From Laetmonice hystrix (lineage: Eukaryota): a DNA stretch of 64,000 bases. The stretch covers positions 21,018,001 to 21,082,000 of the forward strand of contig OZ249445.1 of assembly GCA_965235115.1 (NCBI GenBank). Direction: 5' to 3'. The notes beneath the pieces are model-generated. The model was not told the DNA's origin and did not search any database. It was given only the letters and a program-made list of their open reading frames with translations. Every line of letters starts with the position of its first letter. Position 1 is the first letter of the stretch. This document shows, piece by piece, positions 52,240 to 64,000 of this stretch. The translations under genes were made by a program, and so were the position numbers.

Positions 52240-52319
52240 ACTGTGAGCTATCACTGCAGGCAGCGGTCACACAACTACTATCTGTCCACACTGTGGGCTA
52301 TCACTGCAGGCAGCGGTCA
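52240..52319. repeat. Short direct repeat (about 29 bp, period 50)
   Basis: CTGTG(A/G)GCTATCACTGCAGGCAGCGGTCA at 52241 and 52291. Confidence 0.85.
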
Positions 52320-55300
52320 GTCTCCAGCTTTCAATGCCACTAAGCTATCAAATCAGGGACAGAAGGCTAGCCGTGGGAAATGACACCTTGATCACAGCCA
52401 CACTCGGCGGGGTGGTCACTGGTCTGAGAGCCGGTCACCTGCGGCGTGGGATAACCATTCCCTGACCCCTTGGTCTGACCCCGGATGTAATTCACTCACA
52501 TAATCTCTCTACTCTGATTGGATCAGTGCCGCCGACTGGTCGTTCATTGTGATGGCGGACTGAGCTCAGATCCGGCCCGCCGGGGAGGGGCGGGGGGGCG
52601 GGGGGAGTAGGGCCCTTTAAAGGTGGTCAGTCTCTGTATCTGGGACTCTGTGACAGCACTGATCTTGTATACCTTTTTACATGGCTGAGCCCTTCTCAAG
52701 ATCTCCGAGTCTAATAAGATTCAGTTCCAAGAGGATCAACTATATTACTATATCTCATCAGGGCGTCAGGATTCAATTTTTGACACATGTCGATATCCAA
52801 TGGACAAGAATACTGGTATTAGTTTTAACAGATTATTGAACGCCTATTCTGACCATCCCGGTTTCAAGTAGAGAGTGATGCGATGATGATGAGATCACCT
52901 CGGGGCGGACTGAGGGCGGTCCAGGAGAGACCGGCGGGCTGGCTCTGGTACACGGAGAGGATCCGCCGGGGCCTCCCTCCACGAGGAGCCACGGTCCCCC
53001 TCCCCAAACACTCCCCACATCCCGGCCGGCCGGACCCAGCCTCCAGTAACGGGCACCAGATGGGCAGGCGGCAGGGTGGACCACATATTGTTTCAACTAT
53101 GTTAGCTGGGTTGTTAAAGGGCGGGATTCTTTTTCACCTAAGGGTGTCACATCGAAAAAAGTGGCAGTTTTTGTTGGAGGGGAGTGTGATGTGGAGGGGT
53201 GATGTGGTAGGCCACTGTAGGAACATTAGGCCACTGTAGGAACATTGAGTTGGACAGTAAAGAATGCTGGAATTGACTCGCACCAATTTGTCTTCATTAC
53301 TTGGTGCTGGCAATGGGCACCAAGTAGACATGGCTCCGACCTATGTGTAACATTCGATCTGCAGGCCAGGCCCAGTTTATGTGTTTCTAGTGTGACTTGA
53401 ACTCTTTGAATGAGAGAGAGAAAGATTGTCTCACTCCTCCCAAACCCATACTTCACAACGCCCGCTGGCCTATACTTCAACTTTATGATACATACCAGCA
53501 GCAGCATGCAGTCTCAGGTTTTAAGTTATAACCCTGGCCGACAATTTACTAGCCCTTGAGGAATAAAGCTTGTAACAAGTACGGGTCGCAAGCTCTTAAA
53601 GAGTAACTTCCCCACAGTTGAAAGGTGAACTTTATAGAGCAGCAAAAGTTTTCAATATTCAAGATCGTAATAACCTTGCTGAACATGACTTCTATACTTC
53701 TCCTAAGACTTCCCATGTCGGGTGGCTTTTTTTAGGAGGCCCGACGTTTATTAATATAACTCTTCAAAGGAATTCTATGCCAGTCTTTTGAAGTGATCTT
53801 GACAAGGAAACTTTGTACATGGCTGGCGTTGATATTTTTTTGTTCGCTGGTTTCCCTCACAAGTATGTGTGCAGTGTGTTGCGGGCCGGTGGGCCGGTGG
53901 GCTGGTATCGGCGTATGTCATTAGGCAGGCGGCCAGTGTTTGGTCGGGTCGGTCGGCTGGCCGGGAGGGGAGCGAGTCACGCCTGTCGTGTTGGCCTGTC
54001 ACTTGGAATATGTCGTGGCGACTAGTCAGGTGTGCGCCCCCGGCGGCGGCAAGCCGCAGCCACTGTACATGGTTGGCCGCCAGATGGGGCCTCCCTCCCT
54101 CCCTCCCCCCACCACCCCACCCCTCACCTTCCCCCGGCACAGACCGACCGGGACACTGGAACGAGTGAGGCGGACCACCGCGCCCCAAACCATCCAACTC
54201 CCGCTTAAACACGCCTCAACTCCCCCGGAGAAATCAGATTAGCCAGCACAAGATCAGAGCTTATGCCACGGGTATTATTCTGAGAACTGAACCCCATCAA
54301 CCGCCTCGCCAGGTAGGTGTCCTCACAAGTTCTGAGGGGGGGGGGGGGGGGGGATAGACCCGGGGGAATGACAAACGCTGAACCGGTTATATAATAAAAA
54401 AAATCGACTGAAAATGCAGGTGATTTTGAATGGGGTTTATGACTCTATTAATGCCCTCCCAGAGTTTGCTGTGAATGAAGTGAACAAACTGAGAATGTTA
54501 ACCTCTGCTCCCGCTCCGTTGGTCACTAGTAGATGATGTCAACTAATCCTGTCTCCTGTCCTCCTCACCTTTGAACACTTTCACATCAATTCTCTGACGT
54601 CTGAGCGGGAACACTTTAGTCGACAATGAACTACTTGTCATTTAAAGTGGCCTTTTACAACATACTGTTCCTCCACCTCCGTGATGTATTCAGTGCTTCA
54701 GTAAAGTACCAATTGTCTCCAGGCAATCTTAGTAAAAAAAACTGAAAGAAAAGAAAAACAAAAACACCTGGAGGTTTACAAAACCTACCACAGTTAAAAT
54801 GTAGAGCATCATCTTTCCCCATTTACCCCTTTCCCTTTACAAATAAATTTTATTTTTTTAATAAAACCGACGTGTGAGGTGTGGGAGGGGGGTGCCCTCC
54901 TAACACTGCCTTTGTAAATTCCATGGACATCAGCATCAACTTAACACTTACTTTCCACTGCACACAGTGCCCTTTAGTCCAAGAATCAGCTGACATTCCA
55001 CGTTTTACAATAAATATGTCCGCCCTCAATAATAAAAGTGAGATGAAGAAAAATCCCATCACTTCTGCTCCCCAGGGCGTCATGCATGTGGCAGCTCGCC
55101 CCATATAACCCTCCCGAAATGTGTTTTTATGGACATTCTGACAAGCTGTGAAATTGTAAAAATTGCTGTTATTTTTGATACTCAGAAAAAAAACTTAACA
55201 TCTTCAAATAGGCACGGCTCGATTACACTCGAAACACATGCTATTGTCACGCTCGCCTTTTGTGAAGAATGTGCCCCCTTGCAAACTAATTTCTAAGGTT

Positions 55301-55926
55301 AGTGTTTTTCCTCCTCTGACATATTTGACAGAGAAAAAAACGAGTCCATACTTGCCGTATGTTGCCTGTAGCCAGAGCCACGGTCGTGGCACCCTGAGAG
55401 TTCGGGTCTGGCTAATTGGTTGGGAGCACGACACGCTCCGGCGCTGGTAGGAAAACTTTTTCCCCCTCCCCTCCCATGTCGTTTTCTGGGAAGGACTTGT
55501 TGGCCTGGCTGAACTGGGACCACCACCATCAGCAGCAGGGATGAGGATGACCAGTTGCCCCCCCCCCTCCGCTCTGGTCACATATTACTGACGGGCACAG
55601 TTGCTGCATGCCCCTCCAGCTGGGCCGATAGCAACCAGTCAAGGCCCAGCGTGGCGGCACAGCTGTCCCGTCTACCAGCAGGCAGTCGTCGTCTTTAGCA
55701 CCTCGGCCACTGATTGCTCCACGAGATACCGGCCCGGTCAGAGCCATAAAGATAACGAATGAAAATAGGCCTTTCACAGCGGATTGCTTTATATCATGGG
55801 GCTCAATGGAAGTCCATGCGTGGTTTGTGAATGTTGATTGAAATCCTCTTGTGCTGGGAGGATGCCACGATCCAGCCCAAATTGTTTTTTGTATCGGAAA
55901 TGCCCTGGCGTTTTGTCCGTTAATCT

Positions 55927-56610
55927 CTGAAGCAGACTTTATAACATGAGTTGAGATGATTGAGGATATTTCAACCGTTCCCGCTGAAGCAGACTTTATA
56001 ACATGAGTTGAGATGATTGAGGATATTTCAACCGTTCCCGCTGAAGCAGACTTTATAACATGAGTTGAGATGATTGAGGATATTTTAACCGTTCCCGCTG
56101 AAGCAGACTTTATAACATGAGTTGAGATGATTGAGGATATTTCAACCGTTCCCGCTGAAGCAGACTTTATAACATGAGTTGAGATGATTGAGGATATTTT
56201 AACCGTTCCCGCTGAAGCAGACTTTATAACATGAGTTGAGATGATTGAGGATATTTCAACCGTTCCCGCTGAAGCAGACTTTATAACATGAGTTGAGATG
56301 ATTGAGGATATTTCAACCGTTCCCGCTGAAGCAGACTTTATAACATGAGTTGAGATGATTGAGGATATTTCAACCGTTCCCGCTGAAGCAGATTGTATAA
56401 CATGAGTTGAGATGATTGAGGATATTTCAACCGTTCCCGCTGAAGCAGACTTTATAACATGAGTTGAGATGATTGAGGATATTTTAACCGTTCCCGCTGA
56501 AGCAGACTTTATAACATGAGTTGAGATGATTGAGGATATTTCAACCGTTCCCGCTGAAGCAGACTTTATAACATGAGTTGAGATGATTGAGGATATTTCA
56601 ACCGTTCCCG
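55927..56610. repeat. 57-bp minisatellite, 12 copies
   Basis: Unit CTGAAGCAGACTTTATAACATGAGTTGAGATGATTGAGGATATTTCAACCGTTCCCG; 684 bp = 12 x 57. Confidence 0.98.
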
Positions 56611-58725
56611 CTATAATCGGCTGACAGAGACACACCATACTTTATCATGGGCAATCTCATGTCATGTCATGTTTCCATTCAGACAACTGAAGAGTCACAC
56701 CTATGTTTTTTATGGACTTTATACGTTTGAAGACAGCGATCTCAAACTTTGAGTAAACTTGGTGTTGACAGTTCGTGCCGAGGGACTGGTTTTACATGAA
56801 ACTAGTGACAACTTCAAGTGGCCAATACTTGTGTTTGACACACATAGTGCACACGGCAAGATTTACAGTTGACACTTGGCGTGTTTTCATGGGGGACTTC
56901 AATTCTGGTTTTATCATGGCAGTCGACAAGTCAACGCAAACTCCAGACAATCTTACTCTTTGTGAATGTCGGCACTTTCATTCAAACTTTTTTCTTTTGG
57001 TTTAGAGTGACGACAAAAACACCCAGCAAAGTAGCCATTGCAAAGCATGTATATATGTGAGGCTTTCATGTCTGTATGCCCTCAGCCACTTTACTTTATA
57101 TTACGGCATACATTTAGAACTCGGAAGGTGATGGCCTATCTCGTGCGACAAACCATGAGTAAGCCGGTATTAGAAATGAGTTGTGATGTAACACCCTCAA
57201 ATAAAGTGGGCCCCGGGCAAAGTTCCGTAATTCCTCAACAATTCGTGCCAGTCTGTGGTTAAATTTACAATTACTTAACTCAGCGTCAGAGGTAACAAAA
57301 ACATTTAAAAAAACATTTGGTTCTGCAGGGCAGGTGCAGGTGCAGGGAAAGTACCTCGGGCTGTTCACAAACAGGGGGCGGTGGAGGGAGGTCCCCCCGC
57401 CTTTTGACAGTAAGGGAAACCACATGCACTACAAACAATTTAAGAAATTTTCACACATTCCGCCAAATACGTTCTAAGTTTTCAAAAGGTTACCATGACT
57501 TCCCCGTTGTAGCTGAGAATAATTGCCCTGTAGCCCCCCCCCCCCCGCCCCCCGCCCCCCGCCCTCTGTCAGGCATACTTACACATGTAAACCTGGCCAC
57601 ATTTACCACGCTGCATACAGCCACATGGCAGGGGGACCGGGGCTGTCCCAGAAAAGTGTCACCAACATAAATCTACGCGGGCACCAATTACTGTCTGGTC
57701 TTGTTACGACGGCTAGTAGGGCAGCGGTGGCCCTCAGTGGTGCTGGTGGTGGTGATGGGGGTGGTGGTGGTGGCATCCGTCCAACATACCCCTCCACCCA
57801 GAGGTGAGCCAAGAGTGAGTTTCTTTATCAGAGCCACATTATGATTATATCTCCGATACACAAGATAACCTTATTCTCAACATTCTGTTCAAGACACCCC
57901 ACTCTATAGCTCTGTTGTCATGTCATCCCAATATTTACAATAGGGGAAAATGACAACTTGCAAAAATCGCAAAGTCCTGTCCTGAAACGAAAATTACCGA
58001 CTCCGTATATCCAACGAGTATAGATTCTATACTCGTTGGTATATCGAACAGTGGGATTGCATAAATAGGTAAGAATCGTAACAATATACGTTTTCGTTTT
58101 GATCTCATCCGAAACACTAAAGTACAAGTTCATTTAGTGCCGACTCTCCCGTGTAGACCCTACAGTAAACATAGTTAATTATACATATAGCCAGTACAAC
58201 AGGTCCAAGCCGGTTCAAAGTGTTGTGTGGTGTTGTCACTTTGACTGATGGTTTGGCTGCGGGCCACCCATCAGTCCTGCTGGAAACCAACACCATTCTA
58301 AGGTCACACAGAATATTACAATACGCTGACCTCAATAAACTCCACCACATCCACTCCGTATTTTTCCGAATGTTCCATCATGGATCCGCTATAGTTTATG
58401 GCAACCCATTTTTTCAAAGTCTTTCCTAACGATGAGGTTTCTAATTTATGATGACCGTCAACCTAAATTATGGGGTAAACCGACCTGCACAACGCGAACT
58501 ACCAGAATCGATACCGTTTCTGTTTGTACTCCATTGTGTCTGTCCTAATGGGATATTTTTTTTCCACAATTTCCCTTTTTGTGAAACCTTCCATGGGAGT
58601 TGACAGACACTCCCCAATTTCCAGCCTACGTGTCAGGGAGACATTCCGTCCAGATTGTAAACAGGAGAAGAACATGCGCGAGCATACCTGGGAATAGCCT
58701 GGTGTGGAAGTCCGTCAATGGAGTT

Positions 58726-58792
58726 CATGTCGGAACACACCTGGGAATAGACGTGTTCCATGTCGGAACACACCTGGGAATAGACTTGTTCC
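58726..58792. repeat. 33-bp tandem duplication
   Basis: CATGTCGGAACACACCTGGGAATAGAC at 58726 and 58759; a partial third copy lies upstream at about 58685. Confidence 0.9.
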
Positions 58793-61700
58793 GGGTCCGT
58801 CAATTCGGTTCGTGTTCAATCAGGCGCCCCAAATGAAGTTTAGCAGGTCGGGAGACATGGGAAAGGGCAGAGGTGGCGGGGCCTGCTCCAGCGGGTGCCG
58901 GGAGTGGCAGACATTATACCTTTCTCTCTGGCTCCACTCTCATTACTGAGGATTCAAAGGCTACTTACAAACCTATTGGCAGCACGCTGCTCATTTGGAA
59001 GTTTCTTTTCATTTCTTTTTAACTTAAACAAAAGTCGCGAAAAGATACAAACAGAAAGTCATCCTGGGTAAGCTGAAGAGGTTAGACACCTACTGTCACA
59101 ACCAGTTATAACCTTTCGATAACTGCACTGATGTCAAAGTACTAGGAGAGAATCAACTTTGGGGATTCAGAGTGAGAAAGTTTCAAATTCAATATTCTCC
59201 CCTCCTTGGAAAACTGATAGTGAAGTTACGAAGCATTTTCAAGATCATGTTAGACGGCCAGGGCCAGAGCCCCCCACCCTTATCAACCTTTAACTACAGG
59301 TTTGGAAGTCTGCTTCAAGCCCTGAAGCAACACTCATACTTCTTCTTCCACCTCAGAAATATTTCACCACTTTTCTGTGGTTGCGTTATCTTACATAACG
59401 GACAACACTACCGTACAGAGAAACAAATCGTAAATTTACAGACCTTATCTTCACTTTTTTTATAACCAAGGAAAGATTCATGATCCTTTATATCCAATCC
59501 ACCAAAACTGCCCTCGAGAAAATCAGGCGGAGTCTGTCATTAGACCTCTTTTAGAAAGAAAATTCCCTTTTCTTCTTCCGACAAAAGATGCATTTATGAC
59601 CAGCATAATTCGTTTACAACCTCACAGATTTCCCTTTGACCCTATTACCTTGTCTTCTCCTCATTTGTACCTGTTTACACCTGTACGGACGTGGGCGGTG
59701 AGTAAAACCCGCCTGACCTCACAGACATGTGGCGAGGAAGGCAATGATGCCTGGAGTGTTGTTAGGGGCCGTTTTGTCCGCCACCAGTTCTTATAACTGT
59801 GTGTTTCTCATTGGCAGTTTCGCCTTTGTAGCTCGACTGACAAATGGTTCCAGGACGTAGGAATGTCAGCAACAAGCTTGACTGGCCGGAATCCTGTGCA
59901 GTTGGCAGTGAGGAGCCGGCTTGCTTGGAGCCCAGTGGGTTTGGCTGGGCAAGGCAAGGACGGACTGCATCCTGACAGACCCCCAGGATGTGATTTGTAA
60001 ACCGTAATTGCTCCCATACTTCAGACGTCTAAAAACACCGACGCCATACTCCTCTTGGGGAATAAACAAAATGTGCAAATCCTGTCCCTGCCGCCTCTTC
60101 CTTCTAAGGGGGAGGTGCTGCCCCGACAAAAATACTAAATCCTGAAGAAAGGAAAAAACGTTACACGCCCAACAAGCTACATTACCATGCCTGCAATACA
60201 CACGGACAATACAATAAGTATGGTGGACATACGGTGGGGCAGCTATGAAGTGACAGACTTGATTTTTTAACAGTCTCACTTTGTGTCAGACCTGATTATC
60301 ATATTATCAAGTAAGATGAACGTGCAGCACTCAGCAGGATAATTCATGAAAAAAGGGGAGAAAAGGGATGTCCTGTATTTATAGAGATAATATTTCTAAT
60401 TTTTCACTCAGTAAAAAAATCCTGATTTATATGTAACAATTTACACTGCAGTAAGTAAAACTGGTGCCTTCTCCCTTGACTCAGGATGTTTAACGTAACA
60501 GTACATGACAGTTCCACGCCTGTACACAAAAACTCACTGTCCTTGCAAGTTGGAAGACCCGCATGTCCTTTTCTACATACGCAAAAACAATTCATGCCAC
60601 AACGTTCTTCATGACAATATCTCCCAAACTCCCAACCATACAAGCCATGCTTCCAACCAATACTCCCTCTCGACCAGACTCCATGGTTTCTGTTAAAGAT
60701 CAGAGACCTGTCAACCTGTCTGGAAGTCCCATCCCTTTGTCTTGTTAACGTTGGCGGAGATTAGACGTGCCGTAACGGCAGCGAGACGTCACAGTATACG
60801 TACAATGTTTGATCACAGAGTATTGATTTTGGGTGAATCAGGCTTCTTGACGACTACAATCCGCCCTAGGTCTCCTCCCAGCCCAACTCATGATGGCGCA
60901 GATAATGTATAGGCAATGCTATCAGAGATCTATAAACATTCACAAACAGTCAAGCTCCAAGCTGTATAATCCAATGCTTGGTTATTCTTCTGTTGTATAG
61001 CTATTCTAAACTTACTCTGTGGGTAGGGCACAATAACGTTGGAAGATTCTAATTTTGCTTGCCAACCTCAGGCAATTACCACGTCTGGCTAATCAGAATC
61101 GGATTTCTATCATGTAACCCACCTTCTATACCTATATGCCGAGTTTGTTGGTTATGCCAAGATTGCGCTTTTTGAGGATTATTAATGAGTTTTATACCTT
61201 TCACTATTTTTCCAACCACGACATCTAAAAAACCCCAGTGCGAAAAAAGGAGGTCTTTCATCTAAGAAATAACTCTAACCCGGGCCTGGTTTTCTACCCC
61301 CACTGTATGTTAATTCATACTATAAACTATAACCCACCCCAGTTTTGTTATTTAGCCGGACTCCCAACAGAAGAAACCAAAGTGCCATCTCAGTGTTGAG
61401 AATGCTCCTTCCATTCCGAGCACGTTGTCGTTTGTAACATGCTACAGGTCGTTAAAATGGTGAGGAGTATTCTCTGAGCGGTCTAGGACTGCCGTTAACG
61501 TCAGCCGACTAATTTCTCCCGGTACAGGTGTGATCTGTTCTTTAACACCTCCACCAGCTCATGATGACGTGAGTTATACGGGCGGGCTCGGCTCCTCATG
61601 CCCACGTAGTCATTCGCTCCTCCTTTGCCAGTGCCCACATTAACGTAACGGCTGCGGCCGGGGCCCTTTGCCCACTGACACTCACCTATTTACTCCGCCA

Positions 61701-62974
61701 TCCCCGGCAATGGATGGGCGTTGTAAAAATTACCAGGCGCACCTACTCATTGGGCTTCCAGCCACACTGCAGCCACCAACACCGAGTCGGAATGAACAGC
61801 CGCGGAGTCCGACCTGTAATCTAAACAAGGCCTTGTGCTAACAGTCCCTGATTACCATGGTCAATCTGCCCTTCAATTCATCCTTACACACGTAATAGTG
61901 GCCAAAAACCCCTATCTTCTCCACTACTAGCTCCTGGAGTAGTGGTTACCTATTTATTAAAAGTCTAATCTAAAGATATCCCTGTTTTCAATACAACTAA
62001 ATCAATGAAAAGAAAAACGACTATTACTCCATTTCTTGACGACACCCACTGGAATAAGCGGATGTTTTTTTTGTTTAAAAAGAAAATTCTATGAGTTAAT
62101 GCGTTTACAAAACTCCCTTCCAAACTAGGACATGAGTGAACTTTTTAATACTGTCTGCCTGGGGTCCATAGACGCTCACTCCCTCCTTTCATCTTAGAAA
62201 ACATGCCCCCCCCCCACCCCACCCCCACCACAGCACTAGGTGTGAGGCGACATTACGTTTCTACAACAGGCTTTCATCCCGTCATTAGCACAGCTCCCAT
62301 AAAACCATTTGCTGCACCAAAGGAATTCTACTCTTACCATTATGAGGCATCTAGGTAATGGCTTTCAGAAAACTTCTAGGTTAATGCCGACAGAAGAACC
62401 GCTGTTCTGAGTGGCACTATACGAATCTCTGGCAATATAGTGCTGACTGACCGTAGGTTTCATGAATGCTAATCCAATTGTTATACGGATAAAATCCATT
62501 AAGACGTATAGAAACAAACCAAACTACAATACTCACCTATAATACTACAATACACCTACCTCTTATATGGAGCTTTTCAACCTATCATTAGAAAGCTTTA
62601 ACTACTAGAACTAATTAGATCGATCAGAAAGCTGCAGTGGAGCACTCTTTGTGGCCAACAAAGTAAGCTGCAGGAAATTGTCTTGAGGTGACAATAGTTT
62701 CACACCTGAATGATAATGACATTAGCGTAAATTGGACCTATTCAATAAAACACTCGGCATAATTAATGAAGGTGAGCTGATGCGGTACTTTATCATTGGT
62801 GGAAACAGAACAGTGGTGATTATGAACTCAAGACAACCACCAAGCGATCACTGCCACAGGGCTCGATCCTTCCATGTTCGCTTTGAAATAGTGTTGTGTT
62901 CGCAATCAAGTCATTATTAATTACCAGCCTTAGTGCGAGCAGCTTATCCCCTTCCGATTGCACCCGTATATCCG

Positions 62975-63041
62975 CTGATTTAAGTCACTGATTTAAGTCA
63001 CTGATTTAAGTCACCGATTTAAGTCACTGATTTAAGCCACT
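62975..63041. repeat. 13-bp minisatellite, 5 copies
   Basis: CTGATTTAAGTCA five times with two substitutions. Confidence 0.95.
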
Positions 63042-64000
63042 TTAATGAATTGTTCGCAGATGAGGCACTGAATGGTTTGAAGATTTTTCTATACGGGGTG
63101 GATCTGAGAACGCCCCGATTCGCTGGATCAAAGTACGTCGTGATCGGGGAACCTTGACATTTGGGGGTGATTCATGTAAATGTCTGGATACGCACCATGT
63201 GTCAATATCCAGCTGCAGTGAGGGAATGACTGGAGCTGTGCCTCTCACCATCTGACTAACTGATCCCCTACTACCAGGCCAACAACCCTTTTTTCTTTAT
63301 CCTCTGTGTATTTAGCCACCAATATGGCACCTGTGCTTAAATGAAAATGGTTCAGTTATTAAACAAAACATGTATTGTTCATGCTGTTTGAACCAAACAT
63401 TAGAATAAAAATCAATTCTGCCACTCTGGGTCAGGACTAATAGCCTCTTATAGTTACGTGTTGGAAATTCAATCATGGAGTTACACGATTTCCTAAACAC
63501 TTTACTATAAAGAGAATAGAATTCACGTCAATGTTGATTGCGATTTCCCCTAGCCGTCTTCCACTCATCTGTCACTAGTCTTCCCACTTCCTGCCTTGGC
63601 ACACTTTTCATGAAATCATTTGTTTTATCGTGTCAAAGCCGTTACCAACATCACAAGTCAGAAATTAACAAAGCTCCTAATATAGATAACACATTTTTTT
63701 GATGTGCCACTATAAGCAATAAGATGGTATCAACTCCCTTTTTCTTGTGGTCCCCCCGGGATCTGATATGACGTCGGTACTAAAGAAAACTCGACAGGAA
63801 AAACACGACTACGTGTCTCTGGAAATCTGAAGACGATTCAGTCAAGTGTGTGTCGGTTGTGGTTGAAATGCCTTCAGCAACAAAAGCCACCTTTATCAGC
63901 CTTCCCCCAATCGTACAACGGTGCCCTCAGTGCACTTTTATAATTTGTACAACATAGAAGGGCGCCTCTTTGCTAACGTATAATTACTCCCTGCCCCAGA

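Overview
This is animal (non-vertebrate-looking) nuclear DNA that is gene-poor and mostly intronic or intergenic. It has no operon, CRISPR array, rRNA/tRNA gene, or recognisable transposase/RT ORF. About 13% of the window is nine unrelated minisatellite arrays (units of 82, 28, 53, 38, 54, 43, 60, 30 and 57 bp). There are also short tandem duplications, about 30 poly-C/G tracts, two tRNA/V-domain SINE remnants, a CAGGGGCGGATCC-type MITE, several fold-back palindromes and a 214-N assembly gap. Nearly all long ORFs in the supplied track are repeat read-through artefacts. A few short segments have good splice signals and may be exons of long-intron genes. The best case is a signal-peptide-like first exon (12697-12786) that joins in phase to a 55-nt exon (28936-28990) with a CBM2-like W-x-x-G-F motif. 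I could not support a new biological system; the findings are leads, mostly low to moderate confidence. Counts and coordinates were read by eye.
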